DNA of 64,000 nucleotides, from NCBI GenBank assembly GCA_964625685.1, contig CAZVBO010000001.1, positions 153,570-217,569 on the forward strand, in the 5' to 3' direction. This document shows positions 18,819 through 28,070 of this stretch, piece after piece. The position numbers and the translations under genes are program-made. Under the pieces are notes generated by a model that saw only the letters and a list, made by a program, of their open reading frames with translations, searched no databases and was not told the DNA's origin. This stretch comes from an uncultured Pseudomonadales bacterium (lineage in GTDB: Bacteria > Patescibacteriota > Microgenomatia > UBA1400 > PJMF01). The stretch's first letter is position 1. Every line of letters begins with the position of its first letter.

Positions 18819-20981
18819 ATGGGAAGACGGAAGAAACGCAAACCAATTAAACTGAAAATTAAGTCCGAAACTATTTACACAGTGGTAGGGCTATTTTTGA
18901 TTGTCTTAGGGGTCTTAATTTTGGTTTCTTTCTCTGGTCAAGGTGTTATTTTGCAACGGATGAATGATTACCTCGTGTTAAAGCTAGGGCTATCAATGAT
19001 CTTTTTACCGTTTGTCTTTATTTCTGCTGGTTTAGTCATGTTTCAAACCAAATGGGCTTGGTCTAAGCCTCATGTACTGTTGGGCACATTGATTATGATG
19101 ATGGGTGTCTTGGGTCTAGCTCGATCAGGCAGTATTGGCCTGAGTACCTATGAGAATTTAGCCCGGTTAGTTTCACCTTATGGAGCAGTAGCCATTTTTG
19201 CCTTTTTCTTTTTAAGTGGTCTATTTGTGATGATGCAGTTATCTATTACTGAGCTGATTGAGTTTTTGTCAAAACTATTCAATCGTCCCCGTAAAGCAGA
19301 TGTGGCTCCTGTTGCTGAAGATGACACTCAGAAACTGAAAGGCTTTAAAATTCCGAAACTCAGTTTGAACTTAGGGAAAAAAGAACCAGCTTTCACCGTC
19401 AATGATAACTCAGCAGTTCCAGTTGATGCTAAATTGATGGATGGAACGGCGGTTGTCGATGCCAAACCAGCTATGGGTAAAGGTGATGATTTAGGTGAAG
19501 GTACTATTCAAACCCCTGACACCGCTAATTTGATTTGGGAATACCCACCGTTATCCTTATTATCATCTTCCACCGGTGGTAAAGCTGACCGGGGTGATGT
19601 GAAGCAAAATGCTCAGACCATTGAAAATACGCTTGATTCTTTTGGAATTCGAGCCAAAGTAGTAGAAGTTAATAATGGTCCTTCGGTAACTCAATATGCC
19701 TTAGAGATTGCTAAAGGTACAAAGTTATCGAAGTTAACTGGGTTGTCCACTGACTTAGCTTTAGCTTTAGCAGCGCCTACCGGGCAAATCAGAATTGAGG
19801 CTCCCATTGCTGGTCGGTCACTGGTGGGTATTGAAGTCCCCAATAACTCGGCTCAATATGTGACTCTGAGAACCATGTTAAGCTCAGATACGATGCGGAA
19901 GCATAAATCCAAATTAGCCGTAGCTCTCGGTATTAATGTGGCAGGGAAACCAATTATTGTCGATATTGCGAATATGCCTCATGTTTTGATTGCTGGTGCT
20001 ACTGGATCTGGAAAATCTGTCTGTGTGAACTCATTTTTGTGTTCCATGTTATTCCGAGCCAGCCCAGCCGAAGTTAAGTTTATTTTAGTTGATCCGAAAC
20101 GAGTGGAACTAACTGGTTACAATGATATTCCTCATTTGTTGACGCCAGTGATTGTTGATCCTCCTAAGGTGGTGTCCGCTTTGAAATGGGCGACGGCCGA
20201 AATGGATCGTCGTTACAAGCAGTTAGCTGAAGTGGGTGTAAAGAATATTGCTGGTTATAACGAATTGGCTGGTTTTGTAGCCATGCCAAATATCGTGATT
20301 GTGATTGATGAATTAGCCGATATTATGTTGTTTGCGCCGTCTGAGGTAGAAGAAAGTGTCACCCGAATTGCTCAAATGGCTCGGGCGGTAGGAATTCACT
20401 TAGTGTTGGCTACCCAGCGTCCTTCGGTGGATGTTATTACCGGTTTGATTAAAGCCAACGTGCCGACTCGGATTGCCTTTAACGTGTCTTCGATGATGGA
20501 TTCTCGAGTTATTTTGGATGGACCCGGAGCAGAAAAATTGCTAGGAAGAGGAGATATGCTCTATATTCCTCCAGACCAAGCGAAACCAAGTCGGATTCAA
20601 GGTACTTTTGTGTCAGATCAAGAAGCACATAGTTTGATTGAATTCATTAAGTCTCAAGGTCAAAAACCAAATTATGAGGAAGATATTACGACGAAGTATA
20701 AGGCCAATACGGTCAAAGGTGGAGTGGGTGGTGATACGAGTGGGGGGGCTGAAGATCGAGATCCGCTGTTTAATGAAGCGGTGAAATTGTTCTCTCAATA
20801 TGACAAAGCTTCGTCTTCACTGATTCAGCGACGACTTTCAGTAGGATATGCTCGAGCAGCTCGCATCTTGGATCAACTCTATGAAGCAGGTATGGTCGGC
20901 CCTTCTGAGGGCAGTAAGCCTCGCGAAATTAATCACACGGTGTTGAAACAATACTTGGGTAGTTTAGAGAGTATGGAGTAG
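18819..20981 (+). CDS. ftsK: DNA translocase FtsK/SpoIIIE
   Basis: N-terminal TM helices, Walker A GATGSGKS, and a winged-helix gamma domain (LIQRRLSVGYARAARILDQL). Confidence 0.9.
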   Translation: MGRRKKRKPIKLKIKSETIYTVVGLFLIVLGVLILVSFSGQGVILQRMNDYLVLKLGLSMIFLPFVFISAGLVMFQTKWAWSKPHVLLGTLIMMMGVLGLARSGSIGLSTYENLARLVSPYGAVAIFAFFFLSGLFVMMQLSITELIEFLSKLFNRPRKADVAPVAEDDTQKLKGFKIPKLSLNLGKKEPAFTVNDNSAVPVDAKLMDGTAVVDAKPAMGKGDDLGEGTIQTPDTANLIWEYPPLSLLSSSTGGKADRGDVKQNAQTIENTLDSFGIRAKVVEVNNGPSVTQYALEIAKGTKLSKLTGLSTDLALALAAPTGQIRIEAPIAGRSLVGIEVPNNSAQYVTLRTMLSSDTMRKHKSKLAVALGINVAGKPIIVDIANMPHVLIAGATGSGKSVCVNSFLCSMLFRASPAEVKFILVDPKRVELTGYNDIPHLLTPVIVDPPKVVSALKWATAEMDRRYKQLAEVGVKNIAGYNELAGFVAMPNIVIVIDELADIMLFAPSEVEESVTRIAQMARAVGIHLVLATQRPSVDVITGLIKANVPTRIAFNVSSMMDSRVILDGPGAEKLLGRGDMLYIPPDQAKPSRIQGTFVSDQEAHSLIEFIKSQGQKPNYEEDITTKYKANTVKGGVGGDTSGGAEDRDPLFNEAVKLFSQYDKASSSLIQRRLSVGYARAARILDQLYEAGMVGPSEGSKPREINHTVLKQYLGSLESME

Positions 20982-21036
20982 GAGAAATTCACTCTTTTCT
21001 TTTGAATAAAATTATCCTATAATAATCATCTTACAT

Positions 21037-21443
21037 GGGGATGTATTGCTTTGACGTAATACGCACTTTAACATCTGCAAACCGTCTTTGATCAAAGACG
21101 TTAAACAGGTCACTTACAATAACTGGCAATATGCTCAGTAAAGTCCGTGATATGGCTGGTAGAGCTTTAGCTGCTATCAATCCATTCATGGATCCAAATT
21201 TTGCTTCCGTAGAAGCTTAACTAGGCATTCATGCTTTTACTCTCACTGATGGTAAAGTATGGGTGAAAACTCAGTCAGTGTGACATGAGTAAATTGGTAC
21301 GATTGCTCATTAAGATATAGTACCGGGGAAGGAGACACAGTTTGTTGTTTTACTGGCTTTTTCTTTAGACTCAAAGAACAACTAAGTTTGTAGATGATGT
21401 TATTTTGACTATTGCGGACGCGGGTTCATTACTCGCCATCTCC
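21037..21443 (+). ncRNA. ssrA: tmRNA (ssrA)
   Basis: The 5' GGGGAUGUAUUGCUUUGACG and 3' GGACGCGGGUUCAUUACUCGCCAUCUCCA match the E. coli tmRNA ends (GGGGCUGAUUCUGGAUUCGACG ... GGACGCGGGUUCAACUCCCGCCAGCUCCACCA). The acceptor GGGGAUG pairs with CAUCUCC. An internal ALAA-encoding GCUUUAGCUGCU is present. A promoter-like TTGAAT/TATAAT lies just upstream. Confidence 0.8.
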
Positions 21444-21484
21444 ACACTTCGACTTAATTTTCTTTCTTTACGAAGAAACTTGCT

Positions 21485-22324
21485 CTATATATTTTTATTA
21501 AAATATCTAATATATCTACCTAACTTAGGGTTTGAAATAATATTATACTGTTTAAGCTTCTGTATGAAAGAAAGATAAAAAATAAAAAGAGTTATTAGTT
21601 CCATCTCAATATCGTCACTAGTTTGACCTAAAAGTAAATCGTAACTATGAGAATTTTTTCTTATAAAACTATTAGAACCTGATAGATTGACATGGGTGAA
21701 GTCAGAGAGAAATCTATATACAATTTGATATTGATGTTCAAAAGGATGGAATGCGTTCTTATTTTTCTTCCCTTTTTGTCTCCTATCAGCAATTCGTGCT
21801 CTTTCTAGAAGATTCTTTTCAAAGAATGTTGCGTTTTCAAGATCTTTCTTTTTGCTAAACCTAAGACCTTTTTCTCTAAGCTTATTCAAGTCATAGTTAA
21901 TTTTTTTTCTCATGTTATTGAGCATATTTGGCGACAGAATTGAATTTTCTGTAACCCAAGGATATTTATTAGAAAATTTTTCCATTTCTTCGACATGTCC
22001 TAGCTTTTCGAAACTGTCATGCATAATTAGTGCAAAAAGTCGATTGTTGCTATTGTGACTTAAAAAATAACCCATGTTTATCCATACCTCAAGCATAGCT
22101 CGTAATAGAACTAAAGCAGGTTTTGGTCTAAACTGGCTACAAAGTTCAAAGACAGCTTCACCATAACTATGAATAACACCAAAATTTTGAAGAAGATAAA
22201 TTTGCTTTAGCGTTAATTGACTTACATATATTTTTTTGTTATCAAAGGTATGAATACTCGATTTCATCATATCTCTAATTATTTTTTGTAATTCTAAAGT
22301 TTCAGGAGTGTGTTGTAGCTGCAT
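21485..22324 (-). CDS. Hypothetical protein in a markedly AT-rich gene adjacent to tmRNA
   Basis: A 279-aa ORF with no recognisable family. Its composition is visibly more AT-rich than the flanks, and it lies immediately 3' of ssrA. Confidence 0.5.
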   Translation of the reverse strand: MQLQHTPETLELQKIIRDMMKSSIHTFDNKKIYVSQLTLKQIYLLQNFGVIHSYGEAVFELCSQFRPKPALVLLRAMLEVWINMGYFLSHNSNNRLFALIMHDSFEKLGHVEEMEKFSNKYPWVTENSILSPNMLNNMRKKINYDLNKLREKGLRFSKKKDLENATFFEKNLLERARIADRRQKGKKNKNAFHPFEHQYQIVYRFLSDFTHVNLSGSNSFIRKNSHSYDLLLGQTSDDIEMELITLFIFYLSFIQKLKQYNIISNPKLGRYIRYFNKNI

Positions 22325-22374
22325 ACAATTATTGAAAAAATTAGTCGAAATAAATGATAGTTATAGTATATTAT

Positions 22375-23022
22375 CTAGCTCCCGTGTGCCAAAGTAACTC
22401 CAATTACTGTTTTCGCTCCATATTTTTTCAAAACTTTAGCACATTCATTTAAAGTGGTGCCGGTGGTAGTCACATCATCAATAATCATAATTGACTTGTC
22501 TTTGATTAATTGAAGCTCAATCTTTTGATCTAATTCAAAAATATCCTTAAGGTTACTGAGGCGTTTCTCTTTATCGTGTAGTGAGGCTTGATTGACGGTG
22601 TGTCTGGTGCGAATTAATAGATTTAGATAGGGAATATCTTGTTGTCGGCTCACTTCTTGAGCCATCATTTCTGCTTGATTAAAACCGCGATCCTTTTGAC
22701 GTTTTGGATGCAAGGGAACACTGGTGATGAGATCGACAGTGGGCAAGTTCATAGTGTAATCAATCAACTGACCGGCAAATGTAGCGAGCCCTTTGACATG
22801 ACTGTACTTCATTTCTTTAATGAGATTGGAGATGGGGAAACCGTAGTGGGCGCAGGAAAGCAACTGATCTAAAGAGATATCATCCAGTTTTAAAGTAATG
22901 GGCAAGGTAAAAAAATGAATTTGTTCGTAACAGTTTTGACAGAGATAGGTGAAGGGCTTGCTGCAACCGACGCAGAAGCGGGGAAAGAGGAGTTCTTGGA
23001 GGATTTTCCAAAGGGATTTCAC
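22375..23022 (-). CDS. ComFC-like phosphoribosyltransferase (double zinc ribbon plus PRTase)
   Basis: CVGCSKP...CQNCYEQ zinc ribbon and IIDDVTTTGTTL PRPP-binding motif. Confidence 0.75.
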   Translation of the reverse strand: MKSLWKILQELLFPRFCVGCSKPFTYLCQNCYEQIHFFTLPITLKLDDISLDQLLSCAHYGFPISNLIKEMKYSHVKGLATFAGQLIDYTMNLPTVDLITSVPLHPKRQKDRGFNQAEMMAQEVSRQQDIPYLNLLIRTRHTVNQASLHDKEKRLSNLKDIFELDQKIELQLIKDKSIMIIDDVTTTGTTLNECAKVLKKYGAKTVIGVTLAHGS

Positions 23023-23200
23023 TTTGTTAACTAACTCATTTCTGTATCAAAATTAAAATAAATTTTCTCGCTTTATTCCTTCGTAAATCTCGCCGATGGA
23101 AGTAATACTCACCATGCAATCTATAGCCAGATCGGCTCAGACTCAGTCATTCATCGAAAAAATTTATTTTTTATTTTACCGACCAAAAGTGACAAAGAAG

Positions 23201-24925
23201 TTACTTTGTTTTTTCTGTTTCCAGAAGTTGTTGTAGTTGTAGGACATTTGGATCGTGAGGAAATTCGTGTCGAAGAACTTCGATCAATTTTTGGGCACGG
23301 TCATATTTTTCTTGGAGGAGATAAATTTTAATCAAGGGAATATAGGAAAGATAAAATTGAGGACTCATTCTGAGAACGGTTTCAAATTCTTGTATTGCTT
23401 CATCATACTTGCCCAAACTCGCATATTCGTTGCCTAAATTATGATGGGTTTGGGGATAAATATCCGATAGTCGAATGGCGGCTTGGTACTGTTCAATGGC
23501 TAGTTCGCTTTGGCGTTTTTCTGAATACGCCATAGCTAAATTATTATGAATTCGGGCTGATTCAGTATATTGAAGTAGATGGGTGTAAAGAGAGATGGGA
23601 CTTCGCCACAACCAGTTTTGATGGAGGGTGAGTAAACAGAGTGTAATTATAAAGATAGAAGTGATGCCATAAATAGATTTTCGCAAGAAAGTCATTCGTG
23701 ATAACAGGGATAAAGGGATAAAGGGGGAAAGCAATTGAAAAAGTCGGAACCAAAAGAGCCAAAAACCTACCATGGGCACATAAAGCCAATGTTCATACAT
23801 TAAGCCATTGATGGGAATAATGCCACTGACGGGGGTGAGGCCAATAGCAAACCAGAGTGCTCCAAAAAGAAGCCACACTTTTTTCGTTTGGCGATATTCC
23901 CAGATACTGAGCCCGATAATAATTAGAGTGAGGGCAATTGTCGCCACTAATAGTGGCGGCACTGGTTGCGTCACCAGATCAACATTCCGATCCATATATA
24001 AGGGATGTGGCCAGAACAGAAGTTTGAAGTACTGCCAGAGCACTGAATTAAAGGTCATTAATCGAACCCAGAGATGAGTCGTATAGAGATTGGTTTCTCC
24101 ATAGAGGTTAAAGGAATTGCTAAAGTTGAGGACAGTGGCTCTCAGTCCCATATAACCTACTGCAATCAAAAATTGACTACAAAAATAGAGGAGATGTGAA
24201 ACATGTTTTTTGAAAAAAGATAGTAAGTTTTGCCAACCAACTTGATGAATGCCAACCACCAAGATAACTAAAAATTGCAAACCTAAAGTCATAATGCCTA
24301 TTTCTTTAGAGAAGATACTCGCTATGTAAGCTAAGGAAGAGAAGATGAGCAAACTTACTTTACCGAATTGAAGTGTTTCGTTGTACAGGTTGATACTTAT
24401 TTTTTTGTGTCTAAACGAAAGAGATAATAAGTATAAAGATAAAAAAGCAAAAAAAGTGTAGAGTGAGTCACCACGCGAGTTCATATACACCACGGCTTCA
24501 GTTTGAAGTGGATGGATCAGAAAAATCAGAGAGACTAAAAATGGTAAGTTCAAGAAAGGTTTTCTTTTGTAGTCAAAACTCAATTCAATCAAAATCAAAA
24601 AAAGAAAGATTCCACTTGTGGTATGTAGCAAGGTGTTGGTTAAATGAAAACCGAATGGTCTCAATCCCCAGATAGCATGGTCAATAGCAAAGCTGAGTGT
24701 GGTAAGTGGCCGGTAATAGTCACTTTGTTCACCAGCTCCAGCAATAGTATTGGTGGAAAAAATTTTAGAAATATTTGCAGTTAGCACATACTCATTGCGA
24801 TAAATGAATTGTTCGTCATCCCAGACAAACTGATTACCAAAAGAAGGTAAGTAGAGTAGAAAACCTATCAAGACGAGTAAAAGTAACTGTTTTTTGAGCA
24901 CGTGAACAGAATACCATGTTTTCAA
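23201..24925 (-). CDS. Polytopic membrane protein with C-terminal TPR repeats (GT-C / PMT_2-like glycosyltransferase architecture)
   Basis: More than 10 TM helices followed by TPR motifs (AIEQYQAAIRLSD..., LGKYDEAIQEFETVLRMSP). Confidence 0.55.
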   Translation of the reverse strand: MKTWYSVHVLKKQLLLLVLIGFLLYLPSFGNQFVWDDEQFIYRNEYVLTANISKIFSTNTIAGAGEQSDYYRPLTTLSFAIDHAIWGLRPFGFHLTNTLLHTTSGIFLFLILIELSFDYKRKPFLNLPFLVSLIFLIHPLQTEAVVYMNSRGDSLYTFFAFLSLYLLSLSFRHKKISINLYNETLQFGKVSLLIFSSLAYIASIFSKEIGIMTLGLQFLVILVVGIHQVGWQNLLSFFKKHVSHLLYFCSQFLIAVGYMGLRATVLNFSNSFNLYGETNLYTTHLWVRLMTFNSVLWQYFKLLFWPHPLYMDRNVDLVTQPVPPLLVATIALTLIIIGLSIWEYRQTKKVWLLFGALWFAIGLTPVSGIIPINGLMYEHWLYVPMVGFWLFWFRLFQLLSPFIPLSLLSRMTFLRKSIYGITSIFIITLCLLTLHQNWLWRSPISLYTHLLQYTESARIHNNLAMAYSEKRQSELAIEQYQAAIRLSDIYPQTHHNLGNEYASLGKYDEAIQEFETVLRMSPQFYLSYIPLIKIYLLQEKYDRAQKLIEVLRHEFPHDPNVLQLQQLLETEKTK

Positions 24926-24958
24926 GGGGGAATGATATAATAACGATTGTACTTTCTT

Positions 24959-25014
24959 GGTCGATTAGCTCAGTTTCCCGCAGAGCGGGACCAGCCTCTG
25001 GCTGGGGTTAGACC
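24959..25014 (+). repeat. Pseudo-tRNA fragment (a copy of the first 17 nt of tRNA-Val) with an inserted double-hairpin mini-element
   Basis: GGTCGATTAGCTCAGTT [TCCCGCAGAGCGGGA][CCAGCCTCTGGCTGG] GGTTAGACC. The same double hairpin recurs at 63287-63316. Confidence 0.5.
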
Positions 25015-25056
25015 TGTTGTCAGACAGACACACGATATAGACTTGGTTAAGTATAA

Positions 25057-25130
25057 GGTCGTATAGCTCAGTTGGTTAGAGCGCGCCGTTCACATCGGCG
25101 AGGTCTCTGGTTCGAGTCCAGATACGACCA
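25057..25130 (+). tRNA. tRNA-Val (anticodon CAC)
   Basis: A cloverleaf with GGTCGTA/TACGACC acceptor, D arm, anticodon loop TTCACAT and T arm CTGGTTCGAGTCCAG. CCA is not encoded. Confidence 0.85.
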
Positions 25131-25145
25131 CATTTCCTGATATTT

Positions 25146-25171
25146 CAGGTTCGAGTCCTGAATCGAGCACT
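25146..25171 (+). repeat. Degenerate direct duplicate of the tRNA-Val 3' end (T arm plus acceptor)
   Basis: CAGGTTCGAGTCCTGAATCGAGCAC compared with tRNA CTGGTTCGAGTCCAGATACGACCAC (about 21 of 25 identical), 15 nt downstream of the tRNA. Confidence 0.5.
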
Positions 25172-26224
25172 TTAAATCAATCCAAACTTCTCAAAAACTT
25201 GTCTCACATCTTCACTACTATTCGCTTTGACTAACTCAATTCTGATTTCTCGCGCATTTTCAATGCCTTTGATATACCAACCCAAATGTTTCCGCATGGG
25301 GAAAAAGCCATATTTTTCATCTTGGCCATAGGTTTGTTCATAAAGCTGAGCATGTTCGAGAGCAATCTGCGCCATCTGATGAGCTGGATGTTCACTTGGT
25401 TGTTGTTCAAAGACAAAGGGATTTCCAAAGCTGGCTCGGCCAATTAAGACCCCATCAGTATGGTATTGTTCTGATTTCTTGATACCATCTTGGTAGGATT
25501 GCACATCTCCATTGCCCAAGATTAGAGTATCTGTTTGGTGAATTAACTCGGCTGCTTGGGCAATATACTCCCACTGAGCTTGACCAGTATAGGCCTGGCG
25601 GAGAGTACGGCCATGAATGCCAATGATACTGGGTTCCATTTCCAGTAGTGTGGGGATCCACTCATCAATGACAGGCTGATCGTACCCAATGCGTGTTTTG
25701 ACCGAGATAGGTGGAGGAGTAAAGACAGTTGATTCTTGATGTCTTTGCTCTACGACTCGCCAAATATTTTCAGTAATATCTTTGCAGTCTCGACTTCTTT
25801 TACCATTAAGATAGTCCTGAACACCAGCTTTGGTTTGGCGAATAATTTCTTGTGCGAGCTGGGGAGTTTTAATCAATGAAGCTCCAGCACCGGAATGAGC
25901 GACACTTTTGGCAGGACAACCCATGTTAATATCAATGCCATCAAAACCTAGTTCACATAAAACTATAGCTGTTTGTCGAAAAAAATCAGGAGTCGTCCCG
26001 TAAATTTGAGCAATGATGGGATGTTGAGTTTCATCAAGTAAGAAATCTTTGAGTAACCGGTCGGCGCCATGACAAACCCCTTCGACACTGGTAAATTCAG
26101 TATAGATGACATCGGGGCAGCCGTACTTTTTAGTAATGGCCCGAAAAGGATAATCAGTCACTCCATCCATGGGAGAGAGACCGATAATCGGTAAAGATAG
26201 CTGGTGCCAAAAATCATTTTTCAC
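25172..26224 (-). CDS. dus: tRNA-dihydrouridine synthase
   Basis: MDGVTDYPFR N-terminus, catalytic NMGCP and a TIM-barrel FMN-binding layout. Confidence 0.85.
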   Translation of the reverse strand: MKNDFWHQLSLPIIGLSPMDGVTDYPFRAITKKYGCPDVIYTEFTSVEGVCHGADRLLKDFLLDETQHPIIAQIYGTTPDFFRQTAIVLCELGFDGIDINMGCPAKSVAHSGAGASLIKTPQLAQEIIRQTKAGVQDYLNGKRSRDCKDITENIWRVVEQRHQESTVFTPPPISVKTRIGYDQPVIDEWIPTLLEMEPSIIGIHGRTLRQAYTGQAQWEYIAQAAELIHQTDTLILGNGDVQSYQDGIKKSEQYHTDGVLIGRASFGNPFVFEQQPSEHPAHQMAQIALEHAQLYEQTYGQDEKYGFFPMRKHLGWYIKGIENAREIRIELVKANSSEDVRQVFEKFGLI

Positions 26225-26282
26225 AAAGGGGATTATACAGCAGTTTTATGTGAATATTGAGTAATTGGTGTTTGAAAATTCT

Positions 26283-28043
26283 CTATGATTCAATATCGTT
26301 CAGAATTTGGAGTAACGTTTGGTAAGCATGATTTGTCATTGCAAAGTGATAGACTTCAAGATATTGAGCAAGAAGTGGTTTGTAACGAGATACATTATTT
26401 TCGGTGGCAGTTTCCGCAAATTGGGCAATGCGGTCGATTCGCAGGAAAGCATATTCTTTTTTAAATTGGTGTTGTGAATGTAATTCATGAAGTAAGTAAC
26501 GAAAGTCAGTATAAGTCGTCTCTGTTTGATAAAAACTAGGACCTTCCTTTTGGTAATTGAGGTGAAGCTGTGTGACTTCCGGACCAATTTCTAGTGATTG
26601 ATTGAGTAAAGTGGGATTGGCTTGCTGATCATAAGCAATTAAGGTGAGGTCCACCAACGACATTTTGCTTTGACTAAATTCAAGAGTGTAAATATCACTG
26701 GTTGGTTTAGGAATGAGATAAAGATAATAGAGTGAAGTGGAACGATGATTACTGTCGACATCATCTTGAATTCTTTCTGTAAAGTTCTGAGTGGGAATAA
26801 TCTGATCAACACTATTTTTGACAGTGAGTGTTATGTTTGATTTTGAACCTATTAAAATGTAACTTAGATCAGTATGGCTGGGAGTAAACAGCCGACTGGA
26901 TAAAATTTCCGGATATTGGCTTAAAAATCTTCGATCATAAATCGGATCACTGGTATAAATATCGGTTTGGTCAGCCGTGTAACCCTTTCCCATAAAAAAA
27001 TGGTCTCTCATTTGTAAGATAAACGGTTGGTCAAGATTAATTAAATCTAGATAATTTTGGAAAGTGGGATCAAGATTGACAGTGTACTCCAGTTTCGGTG
27101 TATTTAGGACTGTACTCATTTGGTAAGTCAGCCGGGTGGCCGCTAACCAATTGACTAATCCCTGCCCAATATATCCATCCGGTTGACTTTTTAACCAGGT
27201 GTTGAGATTCGCTGGGTTCATTGGTGACTGATCTGGCAACTGATTAATTCCGTGATAATTCAGAATTGAAGCCAGTGAAGAGAGAGCACAGCCCCAATGA
27301 TAAATGGAGGGATGATTCGACCAAGTACTGGCTGAATCATATTCGTCAAAGGCCCACTGGCTGTCTGATTGTTTAAACTGAGTCAGTGGTAATATTTTCC
27401 CGTAATCTCTATCATCGAGTGATTGAACGATAATATTATCCCAGTAAATTACAGTGGGATAAGCAGCTCCCGTACTGGCTTTTAACCCAACTTTTCCACC
27501 AGTTCCATCCCAAGTAGGATCAATTCCTTCATAAATTTGTTCGTCATTCAGATAAATAGTCAGTACTTCGTCATGAAGTTCTAAAGCAATTTGATTTACC
27601 TCCCCCTCTTTTAAACTAAAAGCAAAACCTTTTTCAAAGGCAGCTTGGCCATTAGTAGCTTTAAACCAGTAGCCACCGTTCGCTACAATATGAATTTCTT
27701 GCCAGTTATTTTCATCTTGGTAACGAAATGAAATATTTCGATCAATACCTTCAGCTGGAAAAAAGTCAAACTGGTAGCGAATATTGATCCACTCCTGGTT
27801 CCAATATTCATCTTTCGGCACCAGTTCAATGATCTGGTAAGGACGGGGAATCGTAGCTGTTAAATGGTTGTCAATAACTGCCCAATAGCTATCATTGCCT
27901 CGGGTGCTATTCCATTTTTCTAAACCATTTTCAAAACTGTCAGTAAACAGTACTGTTTCGGCATGTACTTTTGGAACAGGCTGTGTGAGCATACAATATG
28001 CTAGGAGCAGAAAAAGAGGAAACAACCTTTTTCTGATTTTCAT
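26283..28043 (-). CDS. Secreted protein: N-terminal lectin/CBM-like domain plus a possible papain-like (C39-like) domain
   Basis: A signal peptide and YHWGCALSSLASILNYHG, resembling a C39_2-type Cys motif. The assignment is weak. Confidence 0.4.
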   Translation of the reverse strand: MKIRKRLFPLFLLLAYCMLTQPVPKVHAETVLFTDSFENGLEKWNSTRGNDSYWAVIDNHLTATIPRPYQIIELVPKDEYWNQEWINIRYQFDFFPAEGIDRNISFRYQDENNWQEIHIVANGGYWFKATNGQAAFEKGFAFSLKEGEVNQIALELHDEVLTIYLNDEQIYEGIDPTWDGTGGKVGLKASTGAAYPTVIYWDNIIVQSLDDRDYGKILPLTQFKQSDSQWAFDEYDSASTWSNHPSIYHWGCALSSLASILNYHGINQLPDQSPMNPANLNTWLKSQPDGYIGQGLVNWLAATRLTYQMSTVLNTPKLEYTVNLDPTFQNYLDLINLDQPFILQMRDHFFMGKGYTADQTDIYTSDPIYDRRFLSQYPEILSSRLFTPSHTDLSYILIGSKSNITLTVKNSVDQIIPTQNFTERIQDDVDSNHRSTSLYYLYLIPKPTSDIYTLEFSQSKMSLVDLTLIAYDQQANPTLLNQSLEIGPEVTQLHLNYQKEGPSFYQTETTYTDFRYLLHELHSQHQFKKEYAFLRIDRIAQFAETATENNVSRYKPLLAQYLEVYHFAMTNHAYQTLLQILNDIES

Positions 28044-28070
28044 GATGCTATCTAAACATGGGAAAGTTAC

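Noticed and set aside
21037-21443. Protein-coding interpretation of the 21.0-21.45 kb gap
   Set aside because: There is no sizeable ORF. Instead the region has tRNA-like pairing ends and strong identity to the tmRNA 5' and 3' consensus.
24959-25014. A second functional tRNA upstream of tRNA-Val
   Set aside because: Only the first 17 nt match a tRNA. There is no complementary 3' acceptor strand, anticodon arm or T arm.
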